64,000 nucleotides of DNA from Zetaproteobacteria bacterium. Lineage in GTDB: Bacteria > Pseudomonadota > Zetaproteobacteria > Mariprofundales > Mariprofundaceae. This document shows positions 57,726-64,000 of this stretch, piece by piece. A program made the position numbers and the translations under genes. How positions within the stretch are numbered: the first letter of the stretch is position 1; the number at the start of each line of letters is the position of its first letter. The DNA is taken from assembly GCA_003696795.1 (NCBI GenBank), contig RFFT01000036.1, forward strand, positions 5,128-69,127, written 5' to 3'. Under the pieces are notes generated by a model, which was given only the letters and a program-made list of their open reading frames with translations, was not told where the DNA came from and did not search any database.

Positions 57726-58130
57726 ATGGCCAGCACCGCGCGCAACAAACAGCGCATCGCCCTGGTTGCCGCTTTTGGACCCGACCGACACTTCCTGCTG
57801 CTCAAGCGGCCGGACGCGGTGCACCAAGGCGGACTCTGGTCGCTGCCCGGCGGGAAGCTGGAGCCAGACGAGTCCCCACTGGCCGCCGCGCAGCGGGAGC
57901 TTGCGGAGGAAACCGGCCTGGAAGGTCGGGATTGGCGCGCATTGGGCACACACGAGCATTGTTATCCCGACCGCGCCCTTCGTTTCCATCTCTTTGCCTG
58001 CCGGATACCCCATGCACCATCGAAGCCAGAAGCGCGTTGGCGCTGGACCAGCTTGGCCGAAGCGCGTTCGCTGCCGATGCCCGCAGCCAACGCGGGCCTG
58101 CTTCGCCTGATCGCCAGAGCGAACCCTTAG
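57726..58130 (+). CDS. Nudix hydrolase (MutT-like 8-oxo-dGTP diphosphatase candidate)
   Basis: Nudix box GGKLEPDESPLAAAQRELAEETGL. Its position downstream of secA/argJ matches mutT in many gammaproteobacteria. Confidence 0.78.
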   Translation: MASTARNKQRIALVAAFGPDRHFLLLKRPDAVHQGGLWSLPGGKLEPDESPLAAAQRELAEETGLEGRDWRALGTHEHCYPDRALRFHLFACRIPHAPSKPEARWRWTSLAEARSLPMPAANAGLLRLIARANP

Positions 58131-58135
58131 GGCCG

Positions 58136-59026
58136 CTATACTTTGCGTGGCTTCTTTGCGCGAGCGCGCGGATGCGCCTGATCGTATGCCTCGGTAAGCC
58201 TGGCGATATCAAGATGCGTATAGCGCTCGGTCGTGGCCAGGGAAGCATGGCCGAGCAGCTCTTGAATCGCACGCAGGTCGCTACCGCCGGCCAGAAGATG
58301 GGTGGCATACGAATGACGCAGCCGGTGCGGCGTCACGGAGATGTCCGCGCCGGCATGCATGGCCCGGGCCTTGAGCATGCGTTGCACGCTGCGCACGGAA
58401 AGGCGTCCTCCCCGTCGATTCAGAAACACCGCCTGCGTTCCCGTGGCCGGACGCGCATCAAGATAGTCGGCAAGCAGCCTGGCCGCGCGCTCGGGAATCG
58501 GCACGATGCGCTCCTTGCGTCCCTTGCCCAACACGCGCAACTCCCGCGCCGCCAAATCGATATCCTCCATATTCAGGCCAACCGCCTCCGATACGCGCAA
58601 TCCACATCCATACATGACCGCCAGCAAGGCCAGGTCGCGCGTTTCATCGGTGCAGCCCGCATCGTGCAGCAATGCCTGTGCCTGTTCGGGCGGCAAGGCA
58701 CGGGGCAAACGCTTGGGCTGCTTGGGCGCGCGCAGACCCAGGCAAGGATTGGAGGCGCAGAAACCTTCGCGGACACAATAGCCGAACAAGGCAGACAGCG
58801 CCGACAAGCGGCGCGCCAACGTGCTTGCCGCCTTGCCTTCCGCATGTCCTCGCACCAGCCAGTCCTGCACATGCTGGCGCCCAATCTCGGCCAACGCGCA
58901 ATCGCCGCGTTGGGCCAGAAACGAACGCAAATCCCGCCGGTAAGCGGCGACGGTGTTGGGCGAGGCTAGCCGAACCTCGGCCAATTCCACCAAAAAACGT
59001 TCAATCGCCGCCGAAAGACGCATCAA
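58136..59026 (-). CDS. xerC: site-specific tyrosine recombinase, XerC-like
   Basis: HRLRHSYATHLL...IQELLGHASLATTERYTHLD...YDQAHPRA. The C-terminus and the DUF484-type neighbour favour XerC over XerD. Confidence 0.8.
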   Translation of the reverse strand: MMRLSAAIERFLVELAEVRLASPNTVAAYRRDLRSFLAQRGDCALAEIGRQHVQDWLVRGHAEGKAASTLARRLSALSALFGYCVREGFCASNPCLGLRAPKQPKRLPRALPPEQAQALLHDAGCTDETRDLALLAVMYGCGLRVSEAVGLNMEDIDLAARELRVLGKGRKERIVPIPERAARLLADYLDARPATGTQAVFLNRRGGRLSVRSVQRMLKARAMHAGADISVTPHRLRHSYATHLLAGGSDLRAIQELLGHASLATTERYTHLDIARLTEAYDQAHPRARAKKPRKV

Positions 59027-60114
59027 TCACGACTCCAAACCTCAACACGGCCGCCGCCCAACGCCTTGGACACATACATCGCCTCGTCAGCCCGCTGAAT
59101 CAGCTGTTGCACCTGCCAATCTTCGCCGGCCGGACTGACCGCAAGGCCAAAGCTTGCGGACAGCGCATGCCCTTCCAACGGTTCATCGGTAATCGCCTTG
59201 AGCATGCGTTCAGCGATTTGCCTGGCGCGCTCCAACGAACAGCCTGGCAATAGCACCACAAACTCGTCGCCCCCCATGCGAATCAACGGATCCTGCGCGC
59301 GCATGAAACGCCGCAGGCGGACGCAAAGCTCGCTCAACGCACGATCGCCAAAATCGTGACCATGCTCATCGTTCAGGCGCTTGAAACAGTCCATATCGAT
59401 ATACAGGCAGGCAACCGGCGCGTGTCCAAACCATTGCGACAGCGGTTGATGACTGCGCGGCTGCAGAAAGCGCCGGTTGCGGCTGCCGGTCAATGTGTCG
59501 GTCACGCTCATGCGTGCCAACCTTGCCTGCGCAACCGCATTCTCCAACGACAAGCTCAGCACCTGACCAAGATGCATGAGAAAGTCGGTGCCCTGTCCCG
59601 GCGCGAAACGGTTGCGATCGATCGCGCCCAGCCCGAGCACGCCGAATGGCTGTTCCAATTCTCCCAGTGTCAATAACGCCAACGAACCGAGATGGGCATC
59701 GGCGGAAGTAAGCCAAGCGAACCCATCATGGTTCAGCTGCAACAAGGTCACCTGCTGCCGGTTCAACCCCATCGCCGCGATTTCACCCTGCTCCAGCCAG
59801 ACCAGGTCGCGCTCGGACAAAGATTGCATGGATTGATTGCCCATGAAACTCGCGCGATCGAACCAGAAACGGGCGAAATCGAGATCGAACTGCGCGCGCA
59901 AACCACGCAGCAAGGTGAAACACAGGTCTTCAGGGTCTGTACAGCGCAGCACGCTCGCTTCCAGTTCGAACATGCGCCGGAACAACTGCTCGTTGGTACG
60001 CAGGCGCTGCATCACCCGTGCGACATATTGGCGCAACTCCCGGTTTTCAGCGGCCAGCTTTTGCATTCGACGCGAGGAAATATCCTGAATCTTTGCAGCG
60101 TTGTCTTCACTCAT
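59023..60114 (-). CDS. diguanylate cyclase with an N-terminal DUF484(YigA)-like coiled-coil/GAF-like domain
   Basis: The N-terminal half has the pattern L..ENReL...NEQLFRRMFELE...FGVLGLGAIDRNRFAPGQGTDFL. C-terminal GGDEF: RMGGDEFVVLL with an RxxD I-site (RAQD) 5 residues upstream. Its stop overlaps the xerC start (ATGA). Confidence 0.82.
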   Translation of the reverse strand: MSEDNAAKIQDISSRRMQKLAAENRELRQYVARVMQRLRTNEQLFRRMFELEASVLRCTDPEDLCFTLLRGLRAQFDLDFARFWFDRASFMGNQSMQSLSERDLVWLEQGEIAAMGLNRQQVTLLQLNHDGFAWLTSADAHLGSLALLTLGELEQPFGVLGLGAIDRNRFAPGQGTDFLMHLGQVLSLSLENAVAQARLARMSVTDTLTGSRNRRFLQPRSHQPLSQWFGHAPVACLYIDMDCFKRLNDEHGHDFGDRALSELCVRLRRFMRAQDPLIRMGGDEFVVLLPGCSLERARQIAERMLKAITDEPLEGHALSASFGLAVSPAGEDWQVQQLIQRADEAMYVSKALGGGRVEVWSRD

Positions 60115-60731
60115 TCCTCAACCCTCCGTCGTGCCTCGTCCAGAGACAGCACTCCGCCTGAGAGCACCAGCTTCATGCCCTCCTCCACGCTGATATCCAT
60201 ACGCGTCAAGTCCTCAGGTGCGACAAACAACAACCAGCCCGTGGTGGGCAGCGGCGTGGAGGGCACAAACACGGCGAGACAACGCGCGCCACCGGCCTCC
60301 GCGGGCATGTGTCCCTCGCCGGTCACAAAGCCAATCGCCCATTGTCCTGGCTTCGGAAACGGCACCAGCACCACCTCTCGAAACGCGCGAGAGCTATCGC
60401 TGAACAGGGTTCCCAACAACTGCCGGGTGGTCTTGTGCACCGTGCGAATCAACGGAATCCGTTCCATCAGACGATCGAACAGGCGCATCAGCCTCCGCCC
60501 CAGCACATGGGTAGTGACCGCGCCCACCACGATGATGAAGACCACGGCCAGCAGCACCCCAAAGCCCGGGATTTCCATGCCCAGCCAGCTCGCGGGTTGA
60601 TAAGCCGCGGGCAACAGCGCCAGCGCTTTGTCCGAAAGCTTGAGCAACCAATCAACGATGGCCACGGTGACCAGCAAGGGGGCCAGCGCGATCACCCCGG
60701 CGATCAGATAACGACGCAGCGCGCCCATCAT
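60111..60731 (-). CDS. DUF502-family membrane protein
   Basis: LRRYLIAGVIALAPLLVTVAIVDWL..., IPGFGVLLAVVFIIVVG..., IPLIRTVH, VLVPFP. It has ATGA overlaps at both ends. Confidence 0.8.
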   Translation of the reverse strand: MMGALRRYLIAGVIALAPLLVTVAIVDWLLKLSDKALALLPAAYQPASWLGMEIPGFGVLLAVVFIIVVGAVTTHVLGRRLMRLFDRLMERIPLIRTVHKTTRQLLGTLFSDSSRAFREVVLVPFPKPGQWAIGFVTGEGHMPAEAGGARCLAVFVPSTPLPTTGWLLFVAPEDLTRMDISVEEGMKLVLSGGVLSLDEARRRVEE

Positions 60732-61597
60732 GATGCGGGATGCAGCGCCCTGTCCAACGACAGGAAGGTTGGGAGCTGAGACGAAGCCTGGACGACCGTT
60801 TCCAGGAAGCGCACCGTCTCCGGATGTGGATGGGCAATCAGAATGCAGCGCGCGTGCTCTGCGCATGCCAATGCGCGTTGCCAGGCGCGGCGCAGCGAAT
60901 CGGGATCCGTCCGATGGTCGAGAAACAGGCGCCGACTACCCCAGACAATACCCGCCTCCCGCGCCACCTGTGCGGCCACCGAGTCCTTGTGCGTGCGCGA
61001 ATCCACGAAAAAAAGCCCGTGTTCACGGCACAACTCCATCACCCATTGCATGAGCGGTCGCTCCCGGGTAAGTCGCGACCCCATGTGATTGTTCACCCCG
61101 ACCGCAAACGGCACACGCGCCAGATCCTGCTCGAACACCTTGCGCACCTCTTCCCTGGCCATACCAACGCGCAAAAACGCCGGCGACATATGCGCGGCAA
61201 GATAGGGGTTGTCCGGCTGCATGGGCAAATGCAGCATCACAAGTTGCCCGGCCCGATGCGCCCGGCGCGCACTCTCGCCAGCCAACGGCGCATCGGGCAA
61301 CACCGAAATGGCCAGCGGAATATGCAGCGCCAGCAGACGTTCCAAAGCCCGCCGATCATAACCAATATCATCCACGATCAACGCCAAGCCCGTGGTCGGC
61401 GAAGGCGCTGGTACCGGCGGCGTCGGCGCCGTCGGCACCTGAGAGAAATCCTCGAACACCGGCGCGTTCGGCGGGATGGCGGCAACCTTCGGCTTCGGCG
61501 CCGGTCGCGGTTGAACAAGAATGAGCAACACCACCAGCGCCACGACGCCGCCCAACAACAGAGCCAGCCAGCGTGCGCCCCTTTGGCGCTCAGTCAT
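60728..61597 (-). CDS. divergent polysaccharide deacetylase family protein (YibQ-like)
   Basis: N-terminal TM helix, then LALIVDDIGYD...IPLAISVLP...MLHLPMQP...VGVNNHMGS. Confidence 0.82.
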   Translation of the reverse strand: MTERQRGARWLALLLGGVVALVVLLILVQPRPAPKPKVAAIPPNAPVFEDFSQVPTAPTPPVPAPSPTTGLALIVDDIGYDRRALERLLALHIPLAISVLPDAPLAGESARRAHRAGQLVMLHLPMQPDNPYLAAHMSPAFLRVGMAREEVRKVFEQDLARVPFAVGVNNHMGSRLTRERPLMQWVMELCREHGLFFVDSRTHKDSVAAQVAREAGIVWGSRRLFLDHRTDPDSLRRAWQRALACAEHARCILIAHPHPETVRFLETVVQASSQLPTFLSLDRALHPAS

Positions 61598-61629
61598 GCG
61601 ACCGCCCGAACCGCCGCACGTTCAGCGCG

Positions 61630-62955
61630 CTATTGCCGGCGCAGCGCATGCAACCCCTTGAGCAGATCCAGCGCCCGCTGCAGCTGCACATCGCGCGCCA
61701 AACGCTGGCGCATCGCCGCGCTGGCCAGCTTGGGCTCCTCCGCTTTGCGCTCCTTGCCATGCTTGCCGTTGCCGTTATCCAGGTGCCCCCTCAAGTCGCG
61801 TTCCGAAATACCCGCAATATGGGGTTTCTTTTCATCCCGCGGCGGCAATGGGACAAAGGCGACCTTAATGTCCGGCTCGATGCCGGTGGCCTGAATCGAC
61901 CGTCCACTCGGGGTGTAATACAACGCGGTCGTGACCTTGATCGCGGTGCCGTCCTGCAGCGGCACGACCGACTGCACCGAACCCTTGCCAAAACTTCGCT
62001 CACCGAGCAGCACCGCGCGATGATGATCCTGCAATGCGCCGCTGACGATCTCTGCCGCCGAGGCAGTACCCTGATTGATCAGTACAATCAATGGCTTGCC
62101 ACGCAGGATATCGCCGGGATGGGCATCAAACGAAAGATTCCTGCCCACCCGCGACTTCGTGCTGACGATATTTCCCTTGTCGAGGAACAAGTCGGAGACC
62201 TTCACCGCTTGGTCGAGCAGTCCACCAGGATTATTGCGCAGATCGAGCACCGCGCCGTCCAGCGGATGGCCCGCGCGCTTCTCCAACGCGGCAACCTGCT
62301 CGCGCAATGTGGACGCGGTCTTTTCCTGGAACTGGGTGATGCGCAGGTAGGCGAAGTGATTGTCGAGAAAATCGCTCTTGACCGATTTGACATGGATGAT
62401 GTCGCGAACCACGCGCACATCGAACGGCGCATCGGTACCCTTGCGGAAGATGGTCAGCACGACCGGCGTACCCGGCTTGCCCCGCATTCGTTTGACCGCC
62501 TCCGGCAACGACATGTCTCGCGCCAGTTCACCATCGATCTTAATAATCAGGTCACCAGCATGCAGTCCGGCCCGATCGCCCGGGGTATCCTCGATCGGCG
62601 CGACGATGCGAATCCCGCCTTCAGCCGAGGTGATTTCGATGCCCACGCCGCCAAACTCTCCCGTCGTATCCACCTGCATCTGCTTGTACATGTCCTTGTC
62701 GAGATACAGCGAATGGGGATCGAGATGGGAAAGCATGCCGGCCAAGGCGCCATCGATCAGCTGCTCGTCCGTCACCTCCTTGACATAGGAGCGGCGCACC
62801 AGCTCCATGACCTGGGAGAATTTCTGCAGTTGACGATAGTCCGTTGCCGCTTTCGCCTGTTGATAGCCATGCCCCGGATTCCAGGCCAGCGCCGCCGCTG
62901 CCAGCACGACCACGAAACCCGCGACCAACGTGAACCGGCGTTTCCAGTTATTCAT
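61630..62955 (-). CDS. S41 carboxy-terminal processing protease (Ctp/Prc family)
   Basis: PDZ region (GIEI...GDRAGLHAGDLIIKIDG), DLRNNPGG, catalytic GTASAAEIVSGALQD and SFGKGSVQ. Confidence 0.9.
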   Translation of the reverse strand: MNNWKRRFTLVAGFVVVLAAAALAWNPGHGYQQAKAATDYRQLQKFSQVMELVRRSYVKEVTDEQLIDGALAGMLSHLDPHSLYLDKDMYKQMQVDTTGEFGGVGIEITSAEGGIRIVAPIEDTPGDRAGLHAGDLIIKIDGELARDMSLPEAVKRMRGKPGTPVVLTIFRKGTDAPFDVRVVRDIIHVKSVKSDFLDNHFAYLRITQFQEKTASTLREQVAALEKRAGHPLDGAVLDLRNNPGGLLDQAVKVSDLFLDKGNIVSTKSRVGRNLSFDAHPGDILRGKPLIVLINQGTASAAEIVSGALQDHHRAVLLGERSFGKGSVQSVVPLQDGTAIKVTTALYYTPSGRSIQATGIEPDIKVAFVPLPPRDEKKPHIAGISERDLRGHLDNGNGKHGKERKAEEPKLASAAMRQRLARDVQLQRALDLLKGLHALRRQ

Positions 62956-62975
62956 CGTTCACCCCTTCACAAAAA

Positions 62976-64000
62976 TCAGCGACCGCACCAGCGCCTCGGA
63001 TTCACCGGCCTGCCGCGGTCGCGCACTTCAAAGTACAGCCGCACCTGGCTGCTCCAACCGGTATTGCCCGCCGTTGCCAGACGTTCACCCTGTTCCACCC
63101 AGTCGCCGACCTGCCAATAGAGCGCATTATTATGCGCATAAACACTGAGGATGCCATCACCGTGATCGACGATCATCATCAATCCATAACCGCCAAACCA
63201 GTCGGCATAGCGCACCCGTCCGGCAGCGATCGCGCGCACCTCGCGCGAGCCGCGCGGCGCCATCTCCACTCCGGCCAAACGCGGTCGATTGGGTGCCGGA
63301 CGGGCTCCGAATCCGGCCACGATGCGTCCCTTGCGCAAGGGCCAGGGCAAGCGCCCCTTCAACGCGCGCACCGGTCGGTGCCCCTGAAGCTGGCGCTCCG
63401 GCTGCAACAGGCCCCGTGCGATGCCATGCAGCAAATCGCGCAGGGCCTGTTCCTGTTCGGCAAGCTCGCGATCGCGCTGCTTTTTCAGGCGCACATCGGC
63501 ATCGATGCGACGAATCATCGCCCGCTTTGCCGCAAGCTGACGCCGCAACGCCTGTTCCGCGGCCTGTTTCTCGCGCCATGCCTGCTTCAGCGAATCACGC
63601 TGGGCAGCCAACTCCTGCTCCAACCGCGCCAGTCTCCGCACGTCGTCGGCCAACCGCGCGCGCGCGCGCTGCTGGTCACGCATGAGATAATGCAACAGAT
63701 AACGGCGATGCGGAATTTCATTGATCGCCACCCCACCCAGCAACATTTGCCATGGCGTAAATTGGCCGGTCCGTTTCCATGCGGCCACCGCCTCGCGCAG
63801 CAACCGTTCACGCAACTCCTCGATCTCCCGCTCCAACGCCTTGCGCTGTTGTTGCAGCGCCCGCACGCGGCGATCAACGGCGCGGAAAGCCTGCTCCGCC
63901 TGCTCCCGTGCCCGCGATGCCTGCACCAAATGCATATCCTGCTCGCGCAATTCGCGCAGCAGGCCCCCCAGCCGCGCTTCGAGCCGCGCCCGCAGGCGCG
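62976..64000 (-). CDS. EnvC-like murein hydrolase activator (coiled coil plus M23/LytM domain); the 5' end lies beyond the window
   Basis: A long Gln/Arg/Glu-rich coiled coil, then the LytM-like C-terminus GYGLMMIVDHGDGILSVYAHN...GNTGWSSQVRLYFEVR. The frame stays open to base 64000. Confidence 0.85.
   Translation of the reverse strand, partial: RLRARLEARLGGLLRELREQDMHLVQASRAREQAEQAFRAVDRRVRALQQQRKALEREIEELRERLLREAVAAWKRTGQFTPWQMLLGGVAINEIPHRRYLLHYLMRDQQRARARLADDVRRLARLEQELAAQRDSLKQAWREKQAAEQALRRQLAAKRAMIRRIDADVRLKKQRDRELAEQEQALRDLLHGIARGLLQPERQLQGHRPVRALKGRLPWPLRKGRIVAGFGARPAPNRPRLAGVEMAPRGSREVRAIAAGRVRYADWFGGYGLMMIVDHGDGILSVYAHNNALYWQVGDWVEQGERLATAGNTGWSSQVRLYFEVRDRGRPVNPRRWCGR

Overview
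This is a visibly GC-rich (about mid-60s % by eye, not computed) chromosomal segment that looks proteobacterial, most likely gammaproteobacterial judging by gene order such as gmk-rpoZ-spoT-recG, secA-argJ-mutT and envC-ctpA-yibQ. I call about 57 protein genes, one tRNA-Thr(CGU) and three rho-independent-type terminators. I saw no rRNA, CRISPR array, transposase or phage integrase; XerC is the only recombinase.

Most genes are housekeeping:
- polA (5' end cut by the window), mltA-ampG, a 7Fe ferredoxin, rlmN, efp.
- rep, a PMM/PGM gene, recG, rpmB, ridA, spoT, rpoZ, gmk.
- folD-gcvT-gcvH-gcvPA-gcvPB, secA, argJ, a Nudix gene, xerC, ctpA-like, envC-like.

Four regions look accessory or unusual:
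1. 6.2-11.0 kb, minus strand: a tightly overlapping five-gene module. It encodes an atypical receiver, a TPR/beta-barrel outer-membrane protein, a membrane-anchored HEAT-repeat protein, a processive GT2 synthase and an OmpA-like lipoprotein. It looks like a synthase-dependent exopolysaccharide system that lacks the known co-subunits.
2. 33.2-42.6 kb, minus strand: a dense signalling array next to the tRNA. It encodes a GT2, an HTH-REC protein, a GAF-HK-pseudoREC-REC-degenerate GGDEF protein, two CheY-like proteins, a PAS-GAF-PAS-GGDEF-EAL protein and a secreted GH9 glycosidase.
3. A di-haem cytochrome c peroxidase and a periplasm-sensing hybrid kinase lie between gmk and rpoZ and are translationally coupled to gmk.
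4. A hybrid histidine kinase is split inside its DHp domain by a frameshift at an A6 run.

Smaller oddities:
- A TolC-RND pair without an adaptor gene.
- A DUF484-GGDEF fusion beside xerC.
- An alpha-proteobacterial-type EF-P with an orphan divergent neighbour.
- Several convergent gene pairs that overlap at their 3' ends.

All functional calls come from reading motifs in the supplied translations. No database search was run.
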